Origin: Macrostomum lignano | Lineage: Eukaryota | Direction: 5' to 3' | Assembly (NCBI GenBank): GCA_002269645.1 | Contig: NIVC01001718.1 | Span: 33,107 to 97,106 of the forward strand | Length of the DNA stretch: 64,000 nucleotides | Shown: positions 1 to 35,320 of the stretch, piece after piece | Numbering within the stretch: position 1 is the first letter of the stretch | How the letters are laid out: each line of letters opens with the position of its first letter | The notes under the pieces: generated by a model | Seen by the model: only the letters and a program-made list of their open reading frames with translations | What the model was told of the DNA's origin: nothing | Databases searched by the model: none | Position numbers and translations under genes: made by a program

Positions 1-1
1 G

Positions 2-349
2 GTCGTCAAGAAAGTCGGAGAAGTGGTGTATTGGATCAAGCCAGCGACAGCCTACCGAGGACGCCCAGCTGAAATGCTAGTTCATTGTAACAACATCATC
101 AAGGTGCCGCAGATGATGGCAGATCGACCACAGGAGCCGCCTTGCCAGACAGAGCGGCCAATGCTGCCCTATGAGTCAAGCAAAGACAGCGAAGTTGACC
201 CAGCCAATCAGCCTGCGCCAGAGCAGCCGGCCACAGCTCAACCTGACCTGCGAGGCAGTCAGCTGTTCGAGCCCAGCTTGCGCCACCCTGAGGTGCTCGC
301 TGAAGGCGACCCGAACCTGCCTGACATTGGCATGGAGATGGAGCTCTAA
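2..349 (+). mobile_element. C-terminal end of a Ty3/gypsy-like pol (integrase C-terminal region), running off the left edge of the window
   Basis: The frame open from base 2 reads VVKKVGEVVYWIKP...MLVHCNNIIK. This resembles the V-x-K-x-x-x-V-x-Y-x-I ... VHxxxLK segment after gypsy integrase cores, followed by an acidic/Pro-rich tail. No LTR identified. Confidence 0.55.
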
Positions 350-3300
350 AAGGTAATTACCAGCGATTTATTATTGCACCTAATAGCTAAATTACTGATG
401 CACATTACTATGAGTAGCTAAGTTTGTGAATGCGTTCTGAATTAAAATTTTGCTGTAAGCTTTCTCTGCACCTGTTCTGTGCTGAAAGCAGAATTTCAAT
501 TTTCCCCATTCAATTTTCCGTTTCCTTATGCTTGAGGGATAAAAGCAGCATTAGTTTGCAAATATCAATAATATTTAATTCAGTTGTTCAGAATCGAAGC
601 CTTTAGTTTTCTATTGAGTCATTTGCCTGTGGGGCATAAAATAACCAGTCAGTCTCAACTCAAAGAAAGCTCTGAGACCCTCAATGTTCCGTAAAATGAC
701 ATTTACGATGGTGGCAGCGCTACTTTACTACTGAGAGTAACACAACTAGCAATCTTGACGAATTACGAGTTTACGGTGTCTGAGGACCCATTCTGAATGA
801 CTCGGGCTACTACTAGACCACTCGACTGCGATTACGACTACCCTCCCCCCGGAATTGAGGACCTGGCAAATGGAGTAACCAAGGAGAAGAATCAGCGCAT
901 CAATTTGTGCATTTTCCGGCTTTATTTGTGCTTCTACAACGCCGGCGGCAATTCAAACGAGGAATCTGCCCCACCTCACTGGTGTCAGCAAATTTTCGAA
1001 ACCAAGAGTTTCCAAGAGAATTCTTCTCCACCCCCACCTCAGTTATATCCTTAGAGATTTTGTTTATTAAAGTAAAAGTATAATTCATAGTTAATTAAAT
1101 ATATTCAAACTAAGTTGAAACTTTCAAGGCCAAATATATATCATTTCACTAGCTAATGATCTATACAAAGCTATTATATAGAATATTATCTAGTTACTAT
1201 GCTTTTCCTATAGTTTTTAACTTTTTAGCTTTCTTAGCAACCAGAAATAATTTGTCTAAGCCTAGTATATAATATAATATCAACATAGATTATTATATAA
1301 TAGAATATTCATATGCAACTGCTAGTGGTAGCCAACCTAGCCAATTTGGCTATTATAAATTATGGAAAAAAAAGTTAATGACTTATTTTATTGTTTTGAC
1401 TTTATTATTAGATGATAAAATTTAAAAATAATGAAAATGTTTTACTTTGCTGATTTAGGAAGGTCACAAAATTATAGGGCCTATATTTTATTTTCAATCA
1501 AAACTGCCTAGGCCTACCTAAAAATTATGACTTGCAAAAAATCCTCTAAGACCTCCAAAAATAGGATATAGTCTAATAAATAAATCCCACACTAAAATAG
1601 GACCAAATTTATAGTCAAAGTCAAAGTCAAATCACTAATACTAAAAAGTAAAAAAACTACACATAGACCCTACTTGACTTTGAAAGACAATACAGAGACA
1701 GACACAGTTGAATACTTGAATATAACTATTTTTTAAAAATAAATATAAAAACACTACAAAAAACATTAGAAAATGCGAAAACATTTCCAAGCTCTCCATT
1801 TTTATTCTCTATATATTGACAGCAGTGCATCAAGATAGTCAGAATTTGCTAAGAATAGCAGCAAGCCGAGGCCTGTGTCGTGTGCATCATCTTTGCAGCT
1901 GGATATTAGCCCCATCTACTAAGTATGATTTGTAGGCTTTCCATTTGATTCTATATCTTAACAGCACTGCTACAGGGCAAATTAGTTTTTTGGGCTGAAA
2001 ATGATAATCTCCTATCTCCGTAATGTTACTCCGCAATCTTGTATTTTTTGCTAAAACCGGCCTCAATAAACCTTTTTCTAAGAAATATAGTTTACCGTCC
2101 TTCCACTTGAATATTTATTAGCTATATCAATTAAAGATCAAACCTGTGCTTTAGTCTTTGTACTGAATACTTATCTTCAGTTCGCTTTTCCTACCCTACT
2201 CGTGCAATTACCTACTATATACTGTATTATGGAAAAATTTTGTTATTCCGCCAATAAATTATAAGTTCATCAAGGCAAGGGCGGTGCTGGCCAGACTAAT
2301 GCGTCGCAGTAATTACTTATGTTGACTGAGTTCATGATACAGTTTAACGCTACAGGAAACGTTTTGACTGCTGATAGAAACCACACTTCTCCAAAAAGGT
2401 CCATATTTAATTCTTATGCATGACGCATACACCACTGTATATGTGGTCCTTGGTATACACTTCAAGACAAGCAACAACGTAATAAGTCGTCCTTGGTGAA
2501 ATTAGCAGTTCATTTTACACTTGCTAACTCCAGGACATGGATTAAAAAGTCACAAGATGCCATAGAAGCTGCTGACAAAAAAACGAAGTAGCCGATCAAT
2601 CGGAAAAATGCTCATAAATTGGTCTCATTGTTAACCTATGACTAACTATTTAATGTTAATTCATAATGTAAATTTAGTTTAGGTTAGTAAATAAAGCACA
2701 TTCAGTCAAATGGTAAAATGATATTGCACGCACTGTAGACTGACATAATCGATCAATAAAAATCGATAGTTTTCTCATTATTCAGTCCGATGGCCAGAGA
2801 GCCGCGAAAATATTAATTTAAATTTATTTTTTGATGTTAGATATTTCTTATCCACAATCGAAGCATGCCTGAGCAGCAATAACACATTAACTTTTTGAAA
2901 GCAACACAACGATCCACATCCAATTAAATTATGATTATTAGCTATTATAATTCGGGCAGACTAAAATATAGAAAAGTAAAAAAGACGATGTTCGACGACG
3001 TCACACTCAATCGAGTGCTTTTAGAAAGGGAAAAAGGGCAAGGTTATTTAAAACTACGCTCCAGAAAAGTTTGGAGAAAATCGTCTTTAGATAAACAAAC
3101 GGCATGAGAATTGCGGATTGTGTTGAAGAGGGTTAGGGTTCCGACAGAAATGACTTTAAAGGGCTGGTAAGTGTGGCGGGGGTTAGAGCTTGTTTTTTTA
3201 CTTGCATAGATGGACAATTCGCGTGAATGAAAATATCAGAGGAGCAGGTGTGTGTGTGTGTGAGAGAGTGTGTGTGTGTGTGGTCAATCAACAGGTAGAT

Positions 3301-4697
3301 GTGACCTATAAAAGCAGTTTTCAATTAAGTAGAGCTAATAGGTACAGCAGCCTGACAGAAGGTAAAATTTCAGATTGAGCTTGAAACAGGTGCATTTTAA
3401 CTACCGGTAGGGTTTGTCAGAAATGTTTCACTTCTTACTTACTGAGTAAACAGTTTGGTTTTTTATCGAAGAGAAGCCAAAATCGCAATGAATGACGCAA
3501 TATTTACAGCCGTCCCGCGCCAATGGCAAGGTGGTGAGAGGGAGAGCAAGACGCACTGAATACCCCATGAAGGTGTCAACTTTATGGAAACTTCAATTAG
3601 GCGCTACTGAACTACAGGCTAAAACAGAAAAAGACAACTAATTAAAAACAGTTGGGACATGTCTAAGACGAATTAACAATTTCTACTCAAGGACGTCTTT
3701 ATCACGCTTAAACATGTTTCTTTTGAACTGTTCTTTATGTAAATGAAGTTCGCATGACTTGGCCATGGGTAATGCTTCTAAAGGAGTCCCATACTTTTTA
3801 TCATGACTTGCGAGTTTCCCGTCCTGAGTGATCAAGACGTCCTTGTTTCTATTTGTATATACGCGTGTTCTGCAGTTCCAGCCACAGGCCACCGAAACTC
3901 CAGATGGGCCAGTTCGTTTTCTCTCACTTGAGCGTCTGGTTTTGTTTTGGGTTTTGTCTCAAGGACAACTCAAATTTAGAAGGCCGGTTTTACCGAAAAA
4001 GTACATTACGGACATAGGAGGTTTTCATTTTTCATTGCTTTCGATAGGAGGCAGACCCAATGCTCACCCTTTGATATTCAAAAAAATTCATAAAACCAAG
4101 GAGTCGAGCTGTGCCATTTTTTATGATTGTTAGGCACATGGCATGTAGGTAGGATATAAAACATAGAATCCTAAAGCTTTACGAGGATCAGGAGCAATAA
4201 GAAAGGCAGGACATATCAAAAGATGAACACTGGGTCTGCCTCCTATCAAAAGCAACAACAAATTTTGTGCTGAAAAAATGAAAACCTCCTTTCTTCATCG
4301 TGTATTATTTCGGTAAAACCTGCTTCCTAAACATTCCAAGAAGTTTCCAGTCCTTGTACTTGATTAGTCCTTGTTTTGTCTATGGTCAAAGCCGATAGGC
4401 CAGACTAAAGAACAGAAAAAACTTGTCTTTGGATTGCTTAGGTAGCAATTGGCCCATCTAGTGTGCTTGAGGCGGTCTGTGACCCCTGCTTAGTACTTCA
4501 AGTAAAATAGCGAGGAGGCCAGTGGGTGCAGGCCTAACAGAGCGGAGAAGGTCAGAGAGGGAAAGTGGTAGGTAAAGTATGAAAACAATCAAAATTTTTG
4601 TTGTTGCAAACAAGGTCTTCCATTATTTAAAAAAAGTAAAACCTCAGGTTCGGTCATCTTTTTAGTCAATCGGTGAGGGTCGCGCCGGCCTGGACTC

Positions 4698-26947
<22,250 letters not shown>

Positions 26948-28159
26948 GATCTCTTTCGCTTCGCTCTTCAAGTACGTTTTGTGTGAACTATATATATGTT
27001 ATCAAGTGTATATAGAATTTGCTAAAAAATGGGCTGCAACGGCGAGTATATAATAGCAGTAGTGCCGTCACTTCTTTAAGGGATGAATAGTTTGGAACAG
27101 AATCTTGTCTTGTAAGCTATTATAAAAGGCGGCGCATGGTTTAGACTCTGGAAATTTCCATGGGGAGCACGGGCCGGGTCTGGGTAACCTCCCCCTCCCC
27201 CATTCAGAACCAGTGGAGTGACGCTTCCACTTCAATGTACATTGGTTCAAAATGAGTTTGTGGGGGTGAATGTACACAGAGTTGGTCCGGGGACGAGAGG
27301 ACTGACTGTACATTCTTGCCTTGTGTTCACATGATGCCCACCCCCTACTTTCGTTCGCAAGCCTTTTCAGCTTGGGAAAGCATTTGGAACTAAGAAGCTA
27401 TTTATATATGTATTATTGCAACTATTCCTCTCACTCCTAACTGTTTACTAATACTAATAATATGGCTATACTATACGAGCCAATGCACATTGGAGGCGTT
27501 TTATTATTAACATTTGCGAATTACCTCGATGCCCTATTGACCATTATCTCTACCTATAAAAACCATTTTGGCATAAAAATAGCTCGTATTTTCGAACAAA
27601 CTCAGCAAGATAGGGATTCCAAAGGGATTCAAAAGCAATGCAATTAATAAGTTCTGATCTAGTAACTATCCTATGGCAATCAATAAACCGATGCCAACAG
27701 GTTACAGACGCTTTTAAATTCGGGGTTTTAGTGCTCCAAATTCTAGGAATTTTGTATTTTGATTCCTGCAATAATTTAGTATATTCCAGTTATATTAACT
27801 ACCTATTGGCTACACTAGCGCTGGAGCTGTTGTAATAAAATGCCTAAACCAAATATATAAATGCCTAAATGCCCAATGCCTTACAGATCGATACTACTTT
27901 GGTAAGAAAAAAATTAAATTGAGAGCGATACCATGCCTAATGCCTCGAGCCGACGGCTAGTTTTTTCAGGTTGAAAATCACGTACCTTTAGTCACTCATT
28001 ATCTCGAACAACTATCCAGTCAGTCTCACAGATACTAATCTCAGTTCTCAACGCACTTAGGGCTAGGCTCTCCCCCCTATCCACTATTCTACTTTTGATC
28101 CCCAATTCCACTCACTCCTTTCCCTCCCATATATTCAACTATCTCAGGTCCCCAGACTC

Positions 28160-28670
28160 ACTCTCATACATGCAGATCCCCAATCTCACTCCAGATCCAA
28201 AATCTCACTCCTATATCCTCAATGTCACTCTCATATTACCAATCTCACTCTCATATCCCCAATCTCACTCTCATATCCTCAATCTCACTCTCATATCCTC
28301 GATCTCACTCCCGTTTCCCCAATCTCGCTCTCAAATCCCCAATCTCACTCTCATACCCTCAATCTCACTCCCATATCCCCAATCTCACTCTCATATCACT
28401 CTCAAATCTCCAATCTCATTCCCATGCCCTCAATCTCACTCCCATATTTCCAATCTCACTCCCATATCCCCAATCTCACTCTCATATCACTTTCATATCC
28501 TCAATCTCATTCTCATATCCTCGATCTCACTCCCATATCCCCAATCTCACTCTCATACCCTCAATCTCACTCCCATATCCCCAATCTCACTCCCATATCC
28601 CCAATCTCACTCTCATCACTCTCATATCCTCAATCTCACTCCCATATCCCCAATCTTACTCTCATCCTCA
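28160..28670. repeat. 20-bp minisatellite (ccccaatctcactctcatat)
   Basis: Directly visible. Confidence 0.92.
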
Positions 28671-30546
28671 GTTTCACTCCCAGGTCTCCAAGAGTGCTTT
28701 GCACGGGCCACAGGCCCATGCTTCACCTCTCACTTGTTTTGACACTTCTCAAAGGTTTGCATGCAATTTTTCTGGGTTGTAGTTTTGAGTGACAACTCGA
28801 GTTCAGGAAGATGAATCGGGCCTAGGAAGCAAATCGACGATCAGTTGCTTTCGCTCCGTAGCAAGCAAACTTAATAAAGTTTGCAGTGCACTTCTTTATT
28901 GTAGTATCAGTTGAGTAAACATGCGGTAATAAATTCAATTTATTTAGTATATTCAATACTAGCCTTAGTATACTCAAGAGAAAACACAAGGCCAATTACT
29001 AGTATTTTCCGAACCTTACGAGTGGCCTAAACTGACATATGTGTACAATTTTTAACTGTATGCAGCCGGTTTGCTGAGTTAAAAGCGATAATATTCAGAT
29101 TGCGAAATAGAAAAACTACTCTTATCGGGTCTTATCTAACTTTAATTTGAATTCGAAAGGTTAAAGTTTAGCGACACAACTGAACAACAAAGAGTTAAAT
29201 CAGTTAAATTCCTTAGCTAACTTCAGTTTTGCCTTGACTTGAAAAAGAAATGTTACTAAATTTTAGCCTCATTATTTACCATGATACCATCTAATTAATT
29301 ATTCATCAAAGGACGTTGGATTGATACGACCTAAATACTAAATAGCCGCTTTAAAATGATTATACCTTATTAAACATTAAAGGATCCTGAATTGGCGAAA
29401 GTCCCATCCATCAATGTCTCACTGAGCCCAGAGGGACAATAGGGATCTACGTCAATTATCTATGGAATGAAAGAATGAAGGTCACTTTCGGACTTAAGTT
29501 GACACCCTCCTCACTTTCCCTAAGACCGAACCAACTGCGATTTTAATAAGCATCCTTCAACTCTATTTTTTGAGCGCAAGCAGCTTTCAGATCTGCATGG
29601 AACTTGACGCTGTAGAGATCTGTACTTCGGAGGTTGTATAGGATAAGTGATTGGTAGTTAGGATCAATGAAAGTAGTGTGCAATTATTTGTTAAAATAGA
29701 ATTCAGAAACAAACAGTAATTGACAGATATCGCACGTTTCTTTGAGTGCGTTAAAGATCTAGGCACGGGCTGGGTACGCGAAGTTTTTTAGTGCACTAAC
29801 GATCCAGGCACGAGTGCGATAAGCGAAGCGCACGAGTGTCTAGGGTCCGGTAGTGTGCTCGAAACCCGTGCGTTAACATAATTACGAGGCTCTTATCAAA
29901 TGAAAATGATCATAGATCTTATATACACTATAGATAGACCACTCAAGTGGCAGCCAAACCATTAAGTCTATGGGAAGCTCTCCTAGAAGCGGTGATTCCA
30001 AGATCTATGATCGAGATCGAGTTTCAATTTCGATCTTGGTCTCTTTGGACCATAGACAAAAGCGTATCCTTGTGTCTTGTGTCTTGTGTCGTGTGTCTTG
30101 CGTCGTGTGTCGTGTGTCTTGTGTCTTGTGTCTTGTGTCGATCATGTTATCTTTCGACCATAGATAGGTGCATTGACGCACGCAAAAACTTGGAGGTGGA
30201 CTGAAAGAGAAAATGGCGGAGCTAAGAGAGAAAAAGTTATAGAGACAGAAAAATTTTTAAGAAGCGACGACTCAACGGATTTTGAGTGCAGCAACGACCT
30301 TAGACACGCGAAGCGCACTCATCTCTCAATGGTCAATGGTCATCTCTCCATTGACGCACGCTCGTGTCGTTGATGCACGCTGTCTATGGTTAAATCTGTC
30401 GTTGACGTTGCACTGTGAGACGGCTTTTCATTTGATAATATCGTTGGCCATGAAAACGCGAAAAGGGAGAGCAAGATGAAGGCGACTTCAATACTCTATG
30501 GGTCGAATTATTTGCGTTCATTGAAAGGTTTATGACAAACTGTGAC

Positions 30547-30750
30547 GTCTTAGCACTTAACTCTCCATTGCTTGCAGCTGTAAAATGGGTACCAGCATTA
30601 GCTGAGGTAATTGAAGGTGGTTGTGGCGACCCCCCAGTTCATGGACTGAACAGCCGTATGCAGCGCCTTCAGATGCGACGCGCAATAGCTGCGGGTGAGC
30701 TGTCGGTTGCACATCTGTCCATTGGGGCAGGTGTAATGAATTATTAAAAA
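30547..30750 (+). mobile_element. 5'-truncated copy of the tRNA-derived CORE-like SINE
   Basis: Matches the body of the 43290-43592 copy (ctgtaaaatgggt...ggactgaacagccgta...cttcagatgcg...gcaatagctgcgg...gagctgtcggttgcacatc) and ends in an AT-rich tail next to the gypsy 5' LTR. Confidence 0.8.
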
Positions 30751-30756
30751 ATTATG

Positions 30757-30992
30757 TGATGTCTAGGGCCTATGTTGCCGTAGACAACGGACCTTAACTT
30801 TTACTGAGATGCGTCCCCCGTTCTTCTATTCCCAGAAAAAGAGTGAAGCTAAACTGCGCGCTGCTGAAATGACTATTATGTTTGCAATTCTTCGAGCCGG
30901 TGTGCACTTTTGGTTTATTTATGTATCTAAATGAGGTTGCTATGACTTGTTGAGACTCAAACACAACAAATTCAATCATTCAACCGCAAACA
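30757..30992 (+). repeat. 5' LTR of the gypsy element
   Basis: Aligns by eye with 35095-35320. TG...CA ends are approximate and no convincing target-site duplication is present. Confidence 0.75.
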
Positions 30993-33819
30993 ACTCTCTT
31001 TACTGGGAGTAGTGCGAGGAACGACTGTTATTACTTTCTGAGTGCCAAGAAAATCACAGAGGAAGCTAAGAAAAAAACTAAATTGCTGGCTGTGATTGGT
31101 AAAGAAACTTATTCAAATCTGAGGAGTGTCAATGCGCCAGCAGAATGTACAAGGATTAGTCATACTATGAACTATTGGAAGCACTCGAGAAGCAGTTCAA
31201 TACTGAACTGAGTTTCATTGCTCAACGTTTTGTGTTCGCACAGTGGTAAAACGGGATGGTGAGTGTGTCGCAGACTTTGTGGTGAGCCTTCGAAGTCAGC
31301 CTTCTGAACCTAGATCAGGCACTTTGGGGCGCATTCGTTTTCGGTCTCAGAGACGAACACGTGCTGAGTAGGCTGCTGACGTCACTAAAGAATAAATCGA
31401 TATTTAAGAAAGCAGCTGAGGAAGCCGAAGTCATTGAGAGTGCATACGGGAAAGCATTCAATAACTGACTTCGACCGTTTAAACTCGTCGTAAAAAGTTT
31501 CAGAACCCTCATCAAGCGTTTCGGTACACAGCGGATACTCTCAAATTCAAGGGAAGCGATAAAGAGAAAACTTATACAAAGGTGCTACCGATGCTTCGCC
31601 CTGATCTTTTGGCAAATGTGTGTTCACATCGCAATAAGCAATACAGAAGTGTGGAAAAGGACACCTCAGAATTGCTTGTAGCTCTAGTGTGACTCAGAGA
31701 GGATTTCGCAACATGCACTCCCCAGATGCACAATGTGAACAAGAAGCCTCAAGATCACCTCCTCGAATCTATAGGGTATCTGTCAGAAGAAACCCTGAAT
31801 ATTTTGTTGAGATTTTGATCAACAACAAACCTGTTCGATTTGAATTCGAAACAGGAGCCGAAAAGACCATCCGAAATAGGAAATGGCAGATAGACTTGGA
31901 CTGAACTAAACGCAGAGAAATCTCTGTAAATCGAGAATCAGTGTCAACACTGGAGTATTTAGGCCAGTTTGCAAAGCTACAGATACTCACTGTGATTGGT
32001 AGCGGATCCAACTTGCTCGGAAGAGACTGGATGCAACAATTGGGTGTGAAGCTAAACCGGAATCAGATCCTGGGAACATGAATTTCTGTGAATGAAGGTT
32101 GCATCGGACTCGAGAAGCAATACAGAAGGGATAATAAGGAACTACTCGTACTCAGATGTGTTTCAAGGACATCGGACAAATAACAGGAGTGAAGGGTACG
32201 ATAAAGATCAGAGAAGGAATCACACCGATATTTCTGCAAGACCCGAACGATGCCTTTTGCGATGAAGCCACTTGTAGAGTCTGAGCTGAACCGCCGGAGA
32301 AACAAAGCGACAAAGCGTTCTCATTCCAATTTATCACTTAGACTGGGCTACTCCGGTAGTACCTACCTGTCCTAAAATCAGACCAAATAAGGCTCCAATC
32401 TTTGATCAGTACCCTCTGCCCAGGCAGGATGACCTACACAGTGCTTTGAAAGGAGGCAAGTCCACTAAGATGATAAACAGGCATTTCTGCAACTGAAATT
32501 TGACGAAGGTTTAAGACAATCTGTGGCACTCAATACGAGCGTACATCCAAGAAATTGTTTCAGTGTCAGCGGCTGCAGTACGCTTTAGCCATGGACCAGT
32601 TTTCTAAATGGTCATGGACATGATGCTCCAAATACTGGGAAGAGTTATCTGTTTCATCGACGACGTACTAGTAGTAGGAAATAACTCAGAAGAGCACTTA
32701 CATAAGCTTCTGCAACGCTTTAGAGAGCGAGGTGTCAGACTGAAGCAGTCTAAGTGCAAGTTTATGCAGAGATCTGTCGCTTTTCTCGGATATAAAATGA
32801 ATGAAAATGGAATCCATCAAACGGAGCACAGGATCTGAGCTACTTGAGAAGCTCTGCATCCACAGAAATGTTTCTGAATTGCGAGCTTGGATTGGGCTAG
32901 TTCATTCTGAATATAGCGGCCCTCCTAATGCAACTAGGTTCTTCATGCGACTACTCTAGGAAAAGACTCTGACTGGCCCATGGAGTGTAAATCTACGTTC
33001 AAGCAAGTGCATCCAAGAAACTGAAGCTAGAATGTGGCTAGCTTTACCATACGGCCTCGGTGCTGTCATGAAACGAAGACAGGAGACAGGCTGATAACCT
33101 ACGCTTCGAAAACATTGTCAACTGCTTAAAAGAACTAAGCTCAATTTAAAAAGAAAAAAGCTGCCATAATTTCTGGGCTTATTTTTGAAACTGACCTCAA
33201 GCCACTCCTGGCGATCTTTCACCCTAAGGCTAAGAGACAACTGCCACCTGTAACAACCAGTCTCTTGCAACAATAAGCAATGTGTCTGGGCGTGCATGCG
33301 TACGAAATCAAGTTTAGACGAACAGACCGGCATTGCGACGCGGATGGCTTGTTAGGATTGCCAGAAGAAGCAGGAGTTACCTATGAGACTGAATCAGATC
33401 AAATAAAACGGATGACAGTAAGCAGGCCACGAGTACAGACAGACAACACAGAAAGATCCTGTGCTTAAATGAGTGCTGCTACTTTGTAAACATAGATCCG
33501 GAGTCAGCTACTTTCGGTGATGAAAAACTACGGTTATACTTATGACAAGAGGCATGACATCGGAATAGTCTCAGGTGTACTACTGCTCGGAATGCGAGTA
33601 GTTATTCCTCATGAGCTGCGCAGACTAGTTCTAGAAGAATTGCATGAAAGACACCCAGAAATTGTACTTACGAATTGGCGGCACGAGTGTATTTCTGTTG
33701 GCCAAGAATCGACCAAGACGTCGGACAGTGTAAGCAATTGTTGTGAATGTCAGCTGCAGAGGTCAAGGGCTCAAGAGGCGCCACGTACTGAGTCCGTTAA
33801 CGTGGATTTTAGTGGGACC

Positions 33820-34304
33820 CCACGAAATGCATGAAGAAGTCTTCAGGCGCATCCCCACGTCGAACCAATCGCCGGCGACGGGCCCCCGACCGCTTTGTTC
33901 CGTGACCGACCATCACGTGTCATTGTTTGAAATATTACGACATACTAAACAGCCTCTGATAACACTATAGCGTATGTTCTCGCCTCGACTCCTTGGCAAC
34001 AAAATATTAGGAAATGTTCTTACTGTTCGTATCAATGTTCACGTCACTCCCGGTACAGGGGGACATGACGTAGCCCCAGTCAAAGCTTGTCACACGAGTA
34101 TATAGTCTTTGGCTATATCTCCCACTCTACAGTTCCCTCGGTCGCATACCATCGTTAATATCTACCGCTCTGGCTTTTAAGCTTATACTAATATGTTTGC
34201 TCATCTTTGAATCTTAAGCACTGAAATACATTCGCATTGACGGCTTTGCCGATAGAGCTAATCCGTTGTTCCGGTCACCACAATGGCGTCGCAAGCAGGA
34301 TCCC
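33820..34304. mobile_element. 485-bp insertion splitting the gypsy integrase core, flanked by a GGGACC direct repeat
   Basis: The integrase motif VDF.G.. breaks at 33814-33819 (gggacc) and resumes as GPYKSWMFLVVV after a second gggacc at 34305-34310. Confidence 0.6.
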
Positions 34305-35094
34305 GGGACCATACAAATCCTGGATGTTTCTGGTGGTTGTTAACGCGACAAGCAAACTTTCGGAAGTGATCCCAATGAGAAACGCTACTCTGAACAACAC
34401 AGTTCGGTGTCTAAGAGAAATTTTAATTTTAGCACCATTTGGATTGCCTCGAGTGCTGCTCTCAGACAATGGCTCTCTATTTAGCTCGTATATCCTATCA
34501 ATTCAATAAATTTTTTGAAGCAGAACGGAATCCGCATTTGCTAACCCGGCAAAACCGACAATATACCATTGGAAATGTTTTTCGGCAGAACAGTCTCAAT
34601 GAGATTGTCTCAATTTTTCCTGACGCAGATGCAAAGGCTTTATACAGTCAGGATTATCAGAAGGAAATGCATGATGAGAAGCAAGGTGCTTTGCTAGGGT
34701 AACTCTTCAATCGGGACAGATAGTTTTGACGCAAGACTTACGAAGAGGGAAAGACAAGCGGGCTGTTGAAACAACAATCAAGCGCACAGCTCTACGTAAG
34801 CTATACAGTTCGAGTTCATGAGCTACTCTGGGAGAGACATGTGGACCGACTACAGAAAACTGGCTAACGACTTACGGAAGCAGTTGAACCTAAGCTACTA
34901 TGGGACACGGGTACTCACAAATGCAACAGCAGGACCAACGAATACGTGACAAACCACAGGAAGTACCCAAAATCCAAGCTGATGTCGAAGCAAAGGAAAT
35001 TCCGCATTATGCACAACTTGTATCACGGTACCAATTGAGAGGTAGAACTAATTTAGGATCTCCTGAGCGTTTCGGTCCGGGAAAGGTGGGAGTT

Positions 35095-35320
35095 TGATGC
35101 CTATGTTGCCGTAGACACAGAGCTTAACTTTGACTAAGATGCGTTCCCCTCCCGCTCTTCTATTCCCCCCCCCCGGAGAAAGCGTGAAGCCAGCTTACAC
35201 ACCGCTAAATGAACCACGTTTGCAAGGCTTCGAGCCGGTGTGCACTTTTGCTTCACTTATGTATCTAAATGAGGATTACTGTGACTTGTTGGGACTCAAA
35301 CACAACACAAACCACAAACA
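35095..35320 (+). repeat. 3' LTR of the gypsy element
   Basis: Immediately follows the purine tract gggaaaggtgggag and matches the 5' LTR. Confidence 0.75.

Larger units (their letters stand above)
30757..35320 (+). mobile_element. Decayed full-length Ty3/gypsy LTR retrotransposon (pseudogenised gag-PR-RT-RH-IN)
   Basis: Diverged direct repeats at about 30757-30992 and 35095-35320 both start TGATG and share cctatgttgccgtagac, cttcgagccggtgtgcactttt and atgtatctaaatgagg. A polypurine tract at 35079-35092 abuts the 3' LTR. Frameshifted remnants include gag LLAVIGKETY, Zn-knuckle KCGKGH, protease VRFEFETGA and NLLGRDW, RT ICFIDDVLV...LKQSKCKF...FLGY, RH-linker YEIKFR...DADGL, and integrase RVVIP...LEELHE.HP and FGLPRVLLSDNG. 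The domain order PR-RT-RH-IN is the gypsy order. Confidence 0.9.

Noticed and set aside
797-1054. 85-aa ORF after the gypsy fragment
   Set aside because: It has no recognisable motif and may be part of the retroelement 3' region. I could not define an LTR.
3683-4133. Short ORFs possibly from a DNA transposase
   Set aside because: No catalytic motif is recognisable. The region is better explained by degenerate repeats.
28680-28725. Another possible KCC first exon (MGLWPVQSTLGDLG)
   Set aside because: The donor is weak (gtgaaa) and phase 0, which is incompatible with the phase-1 exon-2 acceptor.
31000-35090. Active retrotransposon
   Set aside because: It has numerous stops and frameshifts, protease DTG changed to ETG, an insertion in the integrase, diverged LTRs and no intact PBS or TSD.
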